Source: Eledone cirrhosa (lineage: Eukaryota). From it: a DNA stretch of 64,000 bases. Positions 14,035-27,632 of the stretch are shown one piece after another. A program made the position numbers and the translations under genes. The notes beneath the pieces were generated by a model. That model was not told the origin of the DNA, did no database searches, and saw only the letters and a list, made by a program, of their open reading frames with translations. Position 1 is the stretch's first letter. Each line of letters begins with the position of its first letter. The stretch lies in assembly GCA_964016885.1 (NCBI GenBank), contig OZ024740.1, positions 64,046,001 through 64,110,000 of the forward strand, in the 5' to 3' direction.

Positions 14035-14574
14035 AACATATGAACAACCGTCCGGTTGTGGAACCAACCAACCAACTGGAAATTTATAAATTCTTATATT
14101 TATAAATTTAATTTATAATAAATTGGAGTGAAAGCAACTGGTGCGTGTGTTTCTTATTGACAACATGACCCTGCCAAAGTATAACAATAACGGTTTCAAC
14201 ACACGTTTTCAGATAAAGAATCTTGCTAAACAAATTCAGAAACGAAATATATATATGCAATACATTAACAGAGAAAGCCTTAAGCGATACTCCGACCAAC
14301 TCCATCTCACTCAACAAACATTAGGATATACCTAAGTATTTTCCCAATTTAGTGTTTGGGGTGCTAACTAATCAGTATTTCGTGGATAGCTGGTTGTATT
14401 ATTTTATATGAGACATTATTAAATAAATATCCCTTTCATTCCAGACGGCCGTTTCGTTATAAGATTTCTACAATTTGGGATAAATAATTTCCAGGTTATA
14501 TAGAAACTTGTATATAATCCATAGTTTTATACACAAGCGGGCTCTTATAATATATATATATATATATATTATAT

Positions 14575-14785
14575 TTAAAACAGAAAACGAAAAAACGAAA
14601 ACAAAGCGAAGAGGCAGTACAAAGTGTTAATATTAGGTTCACGCTTGATAGTGGGGGTGGGGGACGACGTTTCGGGCATAAGCCCTTCATCAGGAGAAAC
14701 GTGGGCAGGAAAAGAGTTCACAGGATGTGAGAGGGAGTGGTAGAAAGACATTAAAAAGGGGAGTGGACGGAGGAAAAACAATTTA
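14575..14785 (-). mobile_element. 3'-terminal fragment of the PLE family at 45621-47350
   Basis: Similar to 47160-47345 (ccaccactcc, hammerhead, cccccac, gcgtgaa, gtactgcctc); TA-flanked. Confidence 0.75.
14664..14694 (-). ncRNA. Minimal PLE-type hammerhead
   Basis: CTGATGA-A-GGGC-TTAT-GCCC-GAAA-CG-TC; stem I is very short. Confidence 0.7.
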
Positions 14786-14851
14786 TATACATATATATAT
14801 ATACTTGCACACACATTGATATAATGGGAATTTAGACATCAACTAAGTAAA

Positions 14852-14955
14852 TACGAGGGTCGGATGAAAAGTTCATATGCTGAAGAGTTCATAGGCTGAC
14901 TAAGATACTCTCATGGAATGACTAAATGAGGTTTATTTTTCAACATAGTCCCTGG
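14852..14955 (+). mobile_element. mariner-like terminal fragment
   Basis: Begins TA-CGAGGGTCGGATGAAAAGTTCAT, matching the TIR at 40098-40123. Confidence 0.5.
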
Positions 14956-16442
14956 AAAGAAAGAATGCTGTTATTAATAAAAAGAGTTGAAATTAATGCA
15001 TTTCTATGTATGTGTGTATGTGTGTGCGTATGTGTGTATGTGTGTGTATGTGTGTGCGTATGTGCTTATGTGTGTGTATGTGTTTGTGTGTGCATGTGTG
15101 TGTGTGTACAGGTATGGTTGTACAGGTGTGGTTGTACAGGTATGGTTGTTATTTCATGTGTACACGTGGATAAATTTATATATATATATATTCTTTCAAA
15201 TCAACTTATCTCATCAATAGGCGTCAATTCTTGAGATGTGGAAATTTAAAATTATGTTGGTCTTCTCTCCATTCTGACATTCTACTGTATACGTTATAAG
15301 TGGTTTCCATGAACGATTCTGTGAGAGTGCGAATGAGAGAGAGAGAGGGAGAAATACACATATACATATATACACATACAAATACATGCATGAGCACGTA
15401 TGAAAATGAGCATAAACAAAACCCAGTACAAGTCCGTATATTTCATGATTTTCGGTATGTTTTCACCATATATATTTTATACTTATTTAACAATATAACT
15501 GCGAATTTATTTGAAAAAGTTTTATTTATAAATACCGAGATCAGATGGAGATCGAAACACTAATACCAACTTGAAGATCAATATTCAATAATGCTTGGCA
15601 AAGTCAATATTCTTCTCCTGTTAATACAGCGTATGAAAGTATGCCAATAGTTTAGCAAAGTTTTATGAATATCTGACAAATATTTCGAGCAGTAAACGCG
15701 CTTAGGAACCAATGCGTGAAACATTTGGCACGTTACTGGGTTCAAGATCAGGAGCTGAAACACAAGCCATACACATTTTTTCTCTCTTTATTTATTTTTT
15801 GTTTTGTTTTCATGCACAGGAGTTGCCAAATTTATCAGAATATAATTTAAGCGTGAATACACAGTGAAATTGATATGATATGGAACTTTAGGTAATATTT
15901 TGAATTTGGCTTCACTTATAGCTGTAGAAAGTTTCTTAACTAAACTGGTCTTCTACCACTCCTTTTGATATATGATTCTTGCTCGCTAGAAATGGTTGTT
16001 GAAAGATGAAGTTAATCAAGGAAACAGAAAAGGCTTCGTTGATGCCGAGTTTGAGGCCTTTAATAATTTTAATCAAATGGAAGGACAGTGGTAATAAAAA
16101 TGTAGCGCTGACCAAATGATTGAGCGAAACGAATTTGGAACCTCACCGTTCATTTCACGCTTTCATCTTTCTAGTGAACGGTGAATAGAATAAGCTATGT
16201 GCAATGGAAGACTAAATTGACTATACATTTTCTTTACAAGGCAAAAACGTCTTCTACCCAGTCAAAAGAAATGATTAAAGATGGTTAAAAAAAAAAAAGA
16301 AAAATTGCTTAGTATTGCATGGAAGGGATATTGGCTAATTGGAAAATAGATAAAAAGGCCTTATATACAGAATTGAGGGGTGTGGATACTGTAGTAACGA
16401 AGAGGAAGATATAGGGATATATGCAATGCTTATGTTCTAATA

Positions 16443-16860
16443 ATGTTTTCTTATATAAGCACAAGGCCAGCAATTTTTTGGGGAGGGGAAAGTCGATTAA
16501 ATCGACCCAGTGCGTCACTGGTACTTTATTTTATCGACCCCGTAAGGATGAAAGGCAAAGTTAACCTCGGCGGGATTTGAACTCAGATCATAAAGGGTAG
16601 TAACTCTATGCTGAAAAGCATGGCGTCCGACCCTCTAACGATATTGCCAATCCACCTAATAATGGTTTCTGATTAAGGACATGGATTTTAGGGGGAGGGG
16701 AACGTCGATTAAATCGACCCTGTGCGTTATTGGTATTAATTTCATTGGCCCCGTACGGAGGAAAGGCAAAGTTAACCTCGGCGGGATTTAAACGCAAAGG
16801 GACATAACTACATGTCACAAAGCATTTTTTCAGATAATCTACCGATACTGCCAATCTACT
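16443..16860 (-). mobile_element. Two adjacent tRNA-derived SINE copies
   Basis: Both carry the tcgaccccgtaaggatgaaaggcaaagttaacctcggcgggatttgaactcag-type core and the tgccaatcc head. Confidence 0.85.
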
Positions 16861-17195
16861 GTCCTTTTATGATCTAATAACGAACACTATATGAAATGTT
16901 TAATTTCTATTCATTTTACATTACTCTTCTAAACTTATACTTCTTTTAAGTAAACTTTAAGATCTAATCCACCAAAGACGTATACATCAGAGTAAAGAAA
17001 TATGGATGTTTTCATGTATATTTCTTCTGCAAGGGATTATGGAAGTAAGTGAAGTTAACTTGATTGGATTAAATAAAGAATGGGATATTACACCAAAGTA
17101 AGTTTTACTGGCTACATTACAATATTCATCATACTAGGGCATGTTTGTCTGTCTGTATGTATGTATGCAACATTTTTGAGGAATGTCGTCTAGAA

Positions 17196-17393
17196 CAGGC
17201 ATGTCAAACATGCGGCCCCTTATAAACACACACGTAGTCCGCACAAATCGTTTTATAGCGCAAGCATGTTTTATCTTCGTAATATAAAATAAAAAGAATT
17301 GTTGTAATGTGCGCAATTAGTTGTCATGTGACCCTCAGACAACACATATGTGACCCATGTGGTCCTCGGGGGACCCTCAGTTTGACATTCCTG
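17196..17393. mobile_element. hAT (Charlie-like) MITE
   Basis: TIRs caggcatgtcaaac / gtttgacattcctg; perfect 8-bp TSD gtctagaa (17188-17195 and 17394-17401), the NTCTAGAN target typical of hAT-Charlie. Confidence 0.9.
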
Positions 17394-17399
17394 GTCTAG

Positions 17400-17878
17400 A
17401 ACATAAACAACTGAAGCGTCAGCTAAGGAAGGGCTGAACTCACAGTCTTGATGAAGTCGTCAGTAGTTGGACATGCAATTTCTGTCATCATGTACTCATG
17501 TCAAAGGCTGGTTATCTTAATCACATGAAGTCACATGAAAGGAGAACAACCTGCAGCAACGTGCGTGATATGCAACTAAGTGTGTAGAACTAGTTCTGGA
17601 TTAAAAAAACATATGGTGGTACATAAAGATTGTATCCCACAGGGTGACCCCCAACGGTCCTGTGGAAAGCACAACTCTCTTCTGTCACCTGTGTGGTAAA
17701 CCATGCAGATCTACAGCTGGTCTACAAAGTCATCTACGAAGTCATGGGATGATAATGAAGAATCAATAAGAGACGCCAATCGTTTGTGAAGACGCTGCAA
17801 TCCTTATGTATGTATGTATGTATGTATGTATGTATGTATGTATGTATGTATGTATGTATGTATGTATGTATGTATGTA
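17400..17878 (+). mobile_element. RTE-like LINE 3' relic with C2H2 fingers and (TATG)n tail
   Basis: CNFCHHVLMSKAGYLNHMKSH and CGKPCRSTAGLQSHLRSH resemble the fingers at 30870-31050; followed by (TATG)n. Confidence 0.65.
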
Positions 17879-18417
17879 CAAGGTTTCTTGGTGAGGAGGG
17901 TGACTTTGGACATCCTGCAGGACTAAAAACAAAACCTGTCAAAGGGCAAAGGAGCTCTTAAGAGTCAATGGCCATCCAAAATCACCGGGAGAGATGACCC
18001 CTTAGCCTTTGTCAAGGCAGAATTCTAGGAGAAGAAAAACTCTGATATAACACCTGCAACCCTGATGGTATCCAATGATGTTGACTTGTTCTTCTTTTTG
18101 GTAAATATCATCTTGGTTAAGAGAGTGGGACTGGCTTTGTGCAGTGCCTTTGCTCACTATAAAAGCTTCACGGTACAGGCATTGATTTATATCTGGAGAT
18201 CTCTCTGCACTTGTCGTCACATGGTACCATGGGCCCAGCACTATGTGTTAATAATTATCACAAGTGTAGTGTTTGTACCAGAGTTTTCAAGTCGCTGGTT
18301 GGACTAAAAAGTCACACTCGTTGAGCGCATCGGTAGGGGTTCTCCTACATGGATATAAAGTAGTGGCCGTACTCGAAAACGAGTTGGCAGCCACCATGTA
18401 TGTATGCATGTATGTAT
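17879..18417 (+). mobile_element. Non-coding RTE-dependent SINE-like element (5'-truncated)
   Basis: Near-identical to the reverse complement of 40287-40805; the 3' end ggccgtactcgaaaacgagttggcagccaccatgtatg resembles the RTE-type tail at 36090-36130. Confidence 0.75.
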
Positions 18418-18419
18418 AT

Positions 18420-20310
18420 CTCTTTCTCTTAATTTCGAGTATATTTTTTTGACCGGCCACCTTCCTGGTGGCAAGGTTGTAAAAGAAAAGAAATTGTCAT
18501 CCCTTGAATCGCAAAAATGTTTTGCAAATTTTGAAGGTGCCAGCTATCGCAACCATTTGTAGACTATGAATTAGGGAGCTGCGCTTTTTGTCCGCAAAAC
18601 CAAGTTCAGTCATACTTTGGTCCAAGCGGGTTGGTATATAACCCGTAGCTCCAATAATGATGGGTATGAAGCTAAAGGTGTATCTTGGATACTGGATTTG
18701 CAAACTCCTCATCAATAGTCCGTAGATGTCCTTCTTCTCCTGTATTTTTCTGACAACGTTTACATCAAGTGGGCAGCTGATCTCCACAACAGAACACGTT
18801 TTCAATGTGTGGTCCCAAACAACGATATCAGGCCGGTTGTGCTTTAATTTGGTGGCAGTTTTTATTTTCAGGTTCCACCAGTATTCCTTAGTGCCATCTG
18901 TCTCAATATATTCCTCCTCGTTTGTTGTTAATTTTGTTTTCCGAAGTGCATTCCAGATGGTTCTAGCTACCCCATGGTGTCTCATGGGGAGGTAGTAGCG
19001 AGATGACATTCTTTCGCAGCTGGCAACAATGTGGCTTACATCCTCGATCTTTGTTTTACATAGCCTACATTTATTGTCAGCTGCTGGCCCTCCCCTTTTG
19101 TGCAGCAGATATTTGGTAGAGAGTTCTTGTTCCTGTATCGCATAAAGATATCCCTCAAAGTATGATGTCATAAATTTGTCGGAACTCCATGCCAGGCTTT
19201 TTGAGTGGTTTATCCCCTCTATGGTCTGTGTTTTACGCCTCAAGTATCCATGCACAACTTTTTCTGTAAATTGGTCAATTTTTTTAATCTTGTTTGAACA
19301 TTGAATAGGATCTTCCGATTTTTCTGGGTGAGAGATTTATATCAGGCTTTATTCCATATCTCTCCTCCAGATCAGTCGCTATTCTAATGATATTTTTTTT
19401 TCATGCTCATAAACCTGGGCAAGATGGTTGCCAACCTTTTTCCTCTGTTGAAGGTGTTGCTTCAGTGTTACTATCCGGGTCTCATATGTTGTTAATATTG
19501 ATTTTAGACCCCGGCCACCTTCCTTACGTGAGAAGTATAGCCTATCCACATCACCATTGATGTTAAAGTTCCCAGTAACACTGAGAAGTTTTCGAGTTCT
19601 AACATCCATCTCACTTAGTTCTTGCAATGACCAGTTCAGCAGGCCAAATGTTGGCGTTAGAATTGGCACAGCATAAGTATTGTGGGCAATGTATTTGTTG
19701 TATGCTGACAGTTCTGATGACCATATTTTCTTTACTCTTCTGAGGTATTCAGTTCTGCTTCTCTCCTTATTTATGGGTCCATCATATTTGACATTCTCAT
19801 CCTCTCCAAGATATCTGTAGTTGTCACCTGACTGCAGAGGTTGTATTGTCAGGCCGTTCATCTCTATATTTCTAGAGGAGGGCACAGCTCTTCCACGTTT
19901 TACTGCCAAATATGCACACTTGGACTCACCAAATTTCATTTTGATGTCGGTTGAAAATTGTGTAATGAGGTCCAATTGTTTCTTGATGTCATTGATATTT
20001 GACCCATACAACTTCAGGTCATCAACAAAGAAAAGATGGGAGATACTTCTGGGCCCACTTCTTTGTCCACCTTGTTTCCTGAGTAGGTAAGATAGTGGAT
20101 TCAGTGAGAGAACGAAGAGTAGCACTGACAAGCTATCACCCTGAAAGATGCCCTTCTGGTAATGTATCTTATCAGTCTTAACTTGCTCCTTCTCACCTCT
20201 AAGGATCAAATTGGTGTACCAGTTCTTGGTCAGGCGTTCAACAGCAGCTACCAATGGTTGTGGGACTTTAGCTAACTGTAAAGCCTTAATAATCCACCCA
20301 TGAGGTACAC
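18420..20310 (-). mobile_element. 5'-truncated R4/Dong-like LINE (RT + CCHC + restriction-like endonuclease), family 2
   Basis: ORFs 19379-20254 ([18 protein letters not shown]) and 18497-19255 (CRLC..HIVASC, RH, RPDIVVWD..VVEISCP); frameshifted; (TATG)n on both sides. Confidence 0.9.
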
Positions 20311-21127
20311 TATGTATGTATGTATGTATGTATGTATGTATGTATGTATGTATGTATGTATGTATGTATGTATGTATGTATGATGAGGGAGCTTATAGAT
20401 AGGACAACACACACTGTCTTTTCGTGGGGTAAGTTTTTAATTAATTTTTGTATTCTGAAACATCAAAATACAACAATTTGTTGGTCACTGGACTCGGGAA
20501 TGTCACGACAGAAGTTTGTGGAAGTTACACAAATATTTTAGTATATATTAGCAGAGCAATCCTTATTTATATTTTACATTTTACATTTACTTACATCTCA
20601 ATATAACATGGCTAAAATTCAAATTTTGCAAAGAGAAGAAAACGGTCAAATGAACTAGATACATCGCACTGTCCCCCGCCACCACAATAACTTCTACACT
20701 CTCTCCCCACCATCACATGTCATTACCCTATCTAGACTAAAGTTATCGACCTGTTGTCAAACTCTTTACTCTCTGTTCAATGTGTATATATATATACATA
20801 TGTATGTATATGTGTGTATATACATCACTCAGTCAAACGACCAGATTTCAACCCCAACATCTACAACAACAACACCGGCACTAATGTTTACAGCAACAAC
20901 AGCTTCAGAATGAACTGAAATGAACATTTACAACAACAACAACAGCGGCATCAAAAGATAAAAAAAAAAGAAAAAGAAGGGAAAAAAAAAACAAAAAAAA
21001 CCTCAAAATAACAAAACACACACACACACGCACACAACACAACAACAACATCAACTGCCACCACCACCACTACCGCCGCCGCCATCACCATCACCAGCGA
21101 CCTGGCCTTAAGAAAACAACTTTAATA

Positions 21128-21292
21128 ATAATTTTTCTGCTTTTGGCACGGATCCAGCGACTGGCCCAGCGACTAGCCCAGCGCATCACTGGTACTCTCT
21201 TTTGTTGACTCCGTGGAGATGAAAAGCAAGGTTGACCTCGGCGGGATTTGAGCTCAGAGCGTGGAGGGCCGTGATTCTATGCTGTAAAGCAA
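21128..21292 (-). mobile_element. Older tRNA-SINE copy
   Basis: gatgaaaagcaaggttgacctcggcgggatttgagctcag core. Confidence 0.75.
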
Positions 21293-21589
21293 TTATAATA
21301 ATACTGGACTGTAGCACGATCGGCTTCAACTATACAAACTATTGAAAGTCAACAGTTGACATCATCTTGTAATCTTGTATCAGTAATGACGGTAATATAT
21401 ATATATATGTGTGTGTGTAAGTGAGTAGAGTAGCGTGTGTGTGTTTGTTTGTATGTATGAGTGTTGCTGTGTGCGCGCATATGTATGCGCGCGTGTGTAT
21501 GTCGTACGTATAAGTGTCAATAAGTGATTTTTTTTTTTTTTTTTTTTTTTTTGCGCGGGGACATAGAAATAATCGGGCTGGATGCCCGA

Positions 21590-21835
21590 TCGCGCAGCTA
21601 AACCACTGGGAGTGAAGAACCCCTAGCCCTTGTCAGGGCATTCTTCTAGGAGAAGGCATCTCAGGAAACTGGGTTAACTCCGACATAAAACCTGCGGCTC
21701 AGTAGTTACCGATGATGTTGATCTTTTCTTCTTTTCGGGTTATAGCTACTGTCGCTCAGAGAGTGGGATTGGCTCAGTGCACAGTCTTTCCTCACTTTAA
21801 AAATATTCGTCACGCACAGGCATTGCACGAGTGCA
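21590..21835 (+). mobile_element. Diverged relative of the 17879-18417 element
   Basis: Shared blocks ccctagcccttgtcagggc..ttctaggagaag, aaacctgc, gatgatgttga, gagagtggga.tggct, ctcact.taaaa. Confidence 0.55.
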
Positions 21836-21872
21836 TTAATAATTATTAATAGTGTACTATTATTGTTATTGT

Positions 21873-22701
21873 TATTCCTTGAATCTCAGTCATTGATGTT
21901 GGTTAACTGGAAAGTCCGTTGGATTGAATATCAAGCCACTACCTGCAGCCTCAGATATTCAGGACGTATCGGAGGGTTCTTGCCGTTCCAAGCAAGCATG
22001 CCTTTTGAAGCGTTCCAAAAAGCGTGAAGGGGCCGATTTTCTTTAACCATCCCTGGAAACCTTTGGAGATAGTCCCCAGTGCGCCTATGACAATCGGGAT
22101 CACTTTGACTTCATGGCAGTTCCAAATCCTTTTCACCTCCCACTTTAGGTCCTGGTATCGGTTAATTTTCTCCCTCTCCTTCTCTTGCACTCTCGTGTCG
22201 AACGGGCAGGCCACATCCACAATCAGGCACGATCTTTTTTCTTTGTCCACAACCACCAGGTCAGGTCTATTGTGTTCCAGTTTTTTGTCCGTCTGTATCC
22301 TAAAATCCCACAGCACCTTCACCTGACTGTTCTCCATCACCGCCTCTGGCCTATGCTCATACCATTTCTCAGAATGTGGTAGATTGTTTACTTTGCACAG
22401 GTGCCAGTGGATCACCCTGCCCATCACATCGTGTCTCCAGCCCTTATAGTGGGTCTGGGCTAGGTGTTTACACTCGGACACAATGTGGGCCACAGTCTCC
22501 TCTCTCTCTCCACAGATCCTGCACAGTGGGCTAGCCTCCTCCTTGTAGATATGGTGCTTCAACCACTTCGTTTTGAGGGCCTGCTCCTGCGCAGCCATTA
22601 GCATTCCTTCTGTAGCCTTTTTGAGGTCTCCTCTTCTCAACCAGTTCCATGTCTGTGGATCTCTAAATTCAGTTTTCTCAAAGAAGGTACTATGAAGGGA
22701 T
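21873..22701 (-). mobile_element. 5'-truncated Dong/R4 copy in tandem with copy A
   Basis: Nearly identical to 22735-23563; ORF 21951-22640 encodes CCHC+RLE; the junction lies in (TTA)n. Confidence 0.92.
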
Positions 22702-22813
22702 TTATTATTATTATTATTATTATTATCGTTATTGTTATTCCTTGAATCTCAGTCATTGATGTTGGTTAACTGGAAAGTCCGTTGGATTGAATATCAAGCC
22801 ACTACCTGCAGCC

Positions 22814-25800
22814 TCAGATATTCAGGACGTATCGGAGGGTTCTTGCCGTTCCAAGCAAGCATGCCTTTTGAAGCGTTCCAAAAAGCGTGAAGGGGCCGAT
22901 TTTCTTTAACCATCCCTGGAAACCTTTGGAGATAGTCCCCAGTGCGCCTATGACAATCGGGATCACTTTGACTTCATGGCAGTTCCAAATCCTTTTCACC
23001 TCCCACTTTAGGTCCTGGTATCGGTTAATTTTCTCCCTCTCCTTCTCTTGCACTCTCGTGTCGAACGGGCAGGCCACATCCACAATCAGGCACGATCTTT
23101 TTTCTTTGTCCACAACCACCAGGTCAGGTCTATTGTGTTCCAGTTTTTTGTCCGTCTGTATCCTAAAATCCCACAGCACCTTCACCTGACTGTTCTCCAT
23201 CACCGCCTCTGGCCTATGCTCATACCATTTCTCAGAATGTGGTAAATTGTTTACTTTGCACAGGTGCCAGTGGATCACCCTGCCCATCACATCGTGTCTC
23301 CAGCCCTTATAGTGGGTCTGGGCTAGGTGTTTACACTCGGACACAATGTGAGCCACAGTCTCCTCTCTCTCTCCACAGATCCTGCACAGTGGGCTAGCCT
23401 CCTCCTTGTAGATATGGTGCTTCAACCACTTCGTTTTGAGGGCCTGCTCCTGCGCAGCCATTAGCATTCCTTCTGTAGCCTTTTTGAGGTCTCCTCTTCT
23501 CAACCAGTTCCATGTCTGTGGATCTCTAAATTCAGTTTTCTCAAAGAAGGTACTATGAAGGGATTTTCCCTTAAGGCTGCTCTTCCTCCTTGATGTTATT
23601 TCCTCCTTGGGTATCCCCTGGCCTACTGTCCCCTCCTTCAGTACAGCTCTGAGCATTGGCTCCTTACTATAGGTCACGTATTTGTATAGGTTGTTTTTCT
23701 CCATCTGAACACAGTCCTCTATGCTGATAAGACCTCTTCCACCCTCAGATCTCCTTAGGTAGAGTCTATCGACATCACTCCTCTTGTGGAACATGTTGTA
23801 GATAGTCAATAGCTTCCTAGTCTTCCTATCCATTTCTTTTTGTTCAGCAACATTCCATCTCAGAATTCCCGCACTGTACCTAATAATAGACACAGCTCGG
23901 GAATTTACTGCGCTTATGGCATTTCTGCTGTTCAGATGTGACTTCAATACGCTCCTTACTCTCCGAATGTATTCAGTTCTTAACAATTCCTTCATTTTTT
24001 TGTTCTTTATGCCATCAGCCTCCAGAACGCCCAAATACTTGTATCCTTCCTCAGAGTCAATTTCCTTTATCATCTCACCTGTTGGTATCTGGATCCCGTT
24101 ACTTCTGCTCAACCTACCCCTCCTCATCACAATGACTCCACATTTACCAATACCAAACTGCATACATATATCACTGCTGAAAATACGGACAGTGTCAACA
24201 AGCACATCCAACTCCTTCTCACTTTTCCCGAAGAGCTTAAGATCGTCCATGAAGAGGAGGTGATTGATGGTAAGCTCTCCCCTTCCCAACTTGTATCCTG
24301 CTCTCACTTTTCGCAGCATAATGGTCAAGGGCATCAGGGCAAGGACAAACAACAGAGGGGACAGGCTATCTCCCTGGAAGATACCTCTCTTGATCTTCAC
24401 GCTTCCCAAGGATACTCCAGTTGATGTCAACTCTGTCTCCCAGGACCCCATACTCCTGCCTAGCAACTGTCTGATGTTATCTGCCACCCTGAAGATCTCC
24501 AGGCTTTTGGTGATCCAGGAATGAGGCACCATGTCAAATGCCTTTCTGTAGTCTATCCATCCCATGGCAAGATCAGTGTGTCTCCTCCTGCAATTCCCCA
24601 TTACCATCTTATCAATAAGCAACTGGTCCTTTGTACCACGTGACTTCTTTCGGCATCCTTTCTGTTCGTCCGGTAACAAGTTGTTTGTGTGGAGGTGATG
24701 GTAGATTTCCTCAGACACAATGCTCGTCAACAGTTTCCACATTACGGGCAGACATGTGATAGGTCTATAGTTGGTAGCATCATTACCCTTGATTCAGTCT
24801 TTCATTATCAGAACTGTGGTACCTTTTGTCAACCACTCTGGCACCTCACCCGACACCAAGCAGTCATTGAACATGGCCGTCAGCTTCGGGTGGAGGGATG
24901 TTAGATGTTTAATCCAATACCCCTGCACACCATCTGGGCCTGGTGATTTCCAGTTGGTTAGTTTTTTGGCTTGCCCCTTAAGAGTTTCAACTGTGATACT
25001 CAAATCAGTCTGTTGCTGTGCCTGCTCACCGATCTCCCTCTGTACTGTCTCAATCCACCCTGCCTGGGCATTGTGTCTAACATCCTGCTCCCATATTCCT
25101 CTCCAGAATGTTTTAGCTTGTTCCGCCCCAGGGATCAAGTCGTTGCCTCTTTCTTTCCCCTCAAGCTGTCCAAACAGCATCTTCTGGTTGTTGTCGAACA
25201 TGCGGTTCTGTTTATACTGACTGACTCTGTTCTCGTATCGTCTGATTTTGGCACTCTTTGCTACAATGCGTTGCTTCAATTCCTCTATGATAATATTTAG
25301 CTTTTTACTCCTAGTTTTGTATTTCATTTCCAGTCTATTTTTAGTGCCTATGTTTTTTAGTGTCCCATTCAGTAGTGACTCAAGCTTTCCTATGTCATTT
25401 CTCATTTCTCCGATCTGCCCACTCAGTCGCTTCTTCCACCACGGCTCTGCTCTTTCTTGTCTGTTGTTTCCTCTCGCTTTTATACCAAGTAGTTTCCTCA
25501 CCGTATTTGCTGTTGCTTTGAGGATATTGTTGCACTGGTGAAGACTCCTCGCCTCAAGGTATGGGATGACTTTGTTTACCTTAGCTGTTGTTTCTTTTAA
25601 CTTTTTCCTGTCTACAAATCTTAGGTTCATAGGTCTCCCACTATCATTGTTCAACTCATCTACCACTAAATTCAGGATGTCAACCGAATCTTGTCCTAGC
25701 CCGTCAGCATTCATCTCCTCAGTGGCCGTATCTCTGTTCCAGGTATTATTTATCTCAGTATTCAGATCATTGTCTGCTTCGGGTGGTTCCTCCGTTCTCA

Positions 25801-26206
25801 GGACCTCCTCACCTTCATTTCCCGCCGGCTCGCTTGTCTGGCATACTACACCCGCCATCTCCAAGCCATTCTCTCTGCTCAGTTCCTCCAGTTCCAGCTC
25901 GCTTATCCACCCATTAGTTCTTATTACCCGAGCCTGCCCGGCCAATTTTTGTTCATCTAATTTAAATAAACCAATCTCGTTCCAGATGTTATGCATCCGT
26001 CTCCTGTAGCCCCTCTCCTTGGGGTTACTTTTCAGGTAGCATTGCATAACAGTTCTATTCAATTCTTTCGTCCAGTTGGTTCTGGCCCCTTTCCTTCTTC
26101 TTCTTCCTCCAACATCAGCAGTATTTGGTTGACAGTCAGGTTCCTGCTGCTGAGCCAGGGGGCACCTGTTGGGTGAGAGTCTGTCACATGACGTTCTAGT
26201 CTCCAT
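22814..26206 (-). pseudogene. R4/Dong RT-RLE polyprotein with one nonsense codon
   Basis: [52 protein letters not shown]; TGA at 24794-24796 where copy B has CGA. Confidence 0.92.
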
Positions 26207-26775
26207 TTCACCGTTATTCGAACTGTTTATGTTCGATATTTAAACACTCTTATCGAGGATTGGCGAATGTATGTTTACATAGCCATCTGTGGATCCGCCA
26301 TCCCACTTGGCCCTTGTGTGGCATTATCACCACGCTGTATACGGACACACATAAACAAACAAACACACGGGCAGAAAGGGCCCCAAAAATGAATAAGCAT
26401 AAGTATCATTGTAATGTAGTATTCGAATGTCTGACTTAGTTTTTGTTTTTTAAGTTTTACTTTTTCCCCCCTCTTCTCTGTCCGTCCGCCTGCTTCTCTC
26501 TTCATTCTTATTTTCTTTACGTTTTTGGGGTTTCTTTTTTTGTTTTTGTTTTTCTCTGTTTTTCTCGTTTTTTACTGTTGTTGCTGTGCTGCTTTTGTTG
26601 TTTGTTTTTTCTTTTTTCTTTTGAGTCTATCTATATATTTTGATGCCTTCCTCTTTGTTAGTAGTAGGAATTCTACAATGTGGAAGTGGTAGCCAGCAGA
26701 GACTGGCGGCGTTGGCGATACTGAGACAGTGGTGGTGGTGATGTCGATACCGAGGCAGTGGTGGCGGTGATGCGA

Positions 26776-27407
26776 CCGTATTACTGTAGTGATGGTGCTG
26801 TAGCGGTGGCAGCAGCAGTGAAGGAGTCAGGGGGTGGTGGCGGCGGTGATGGGATAGTGGTGGTAATGATGGCCGTAGTGAGCGGTGGCGGTGAAGGTGA
26901 AAATGCTGTTGCGTTTAGTGTACACAGATGATGGGGTGGGTGGTGTATCTAGTTTCTGGTGTTGGTGAGTTTCGCTGTCCTATATAGCGTAGCCAGAGGA
27001 GAGGAGGGGGGGGGGTTCTTCTTCTTCCATTTATAGCCATTTTATTTTTTTTTGGATATACAGTGTACAATACAAAGTTGAATATTTAAATATTTGAGCC
27101 GTATTACTGTAGTGATGGTGCTGTAGCGGTGGCAGCAGCAGTGAAGGAGTCAAGGGCTGGTGGCGGCGGTGATGGGATAGTGGTGGTAATGATGGCCGTA
27201 GTGAGCGGTGGCGGTGAAGGTGAAAATGCTGTTGTGTTTAGTGTACACAGATGATGGGGTGGGTGGTGTATCTAGTTTCTGGTGTTGGTGAGTTTAGCTG
27301 TCCTATATAGTGTAGCCAGCGGAGAGGAGGGGGGGGGGTTCTTCTTCTTCCATTTATAGCCATTTTTTTTTTGGATATACAAAGTTGAATATTTGAATAT
27401 TTGAGCC
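26776..27407. repeat. ~320-bp tandem duplication in the 5' UTR of Dong copy A
   Basis: ccgtattactgtagtgatgg occurs at 26776 and 27099, both units ending aatatttgagcc; single in copy B. Confidence 0.85.
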
Positions 27408-27575
27408 TTATAACAATATATTTTGGGTCCGAATTTTTTTGGGGCTCAAGCCGGGTGCTTTACGTAGCATTTGTACTAAGAGTTGTTATTTCACAAATGA
27501 TTTAAATATGTTAAAAATTCAAAACTTACGGGAGCGATTTCATGACTTCCGTCACCTCGTGCGTCTTCTTCCCTA

Positions 27576-27606
<31 letters not shown>

Positions 27607-27632
27607 TATTATTATTATTATTATTTTTTTTT

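Larger units (their letters stand above)
9597..14189 (+). mobile_element. Penelope-like retroelement with inverted 5' pLTR
   Basis: 9597-10707 is an inverted copy of 13105-14189; the body encodes a PLE RT and a GIY-YIG endonuclease. Confidence 0.9.
22735..27573 (-). mobile_element. Dong/R4-clade LINE copy A, probably full length, in TAA repeats
   Basis: Single long RT-RLE ORF, ~1.35-kb 5' UTR, ~80-bp 3' UTR, (TTA)n at both ends. Confidence 0.92.

Noticed and set aside
22024-26176. Plus-strand ORFs overlapping the Dong elements (likewise antisense ORFs over RTE and Tx1)
   Set aside because: They are antisense shadows of long TE ORFs.
26210-27573. HDV-like ribozyme in the Dong 5' UTR (known for some R2/R4/RTE elements)
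   Set aside because: I could not assemble the nested double pseudoknot by eye; it would need an RNArobo/Infernal search.
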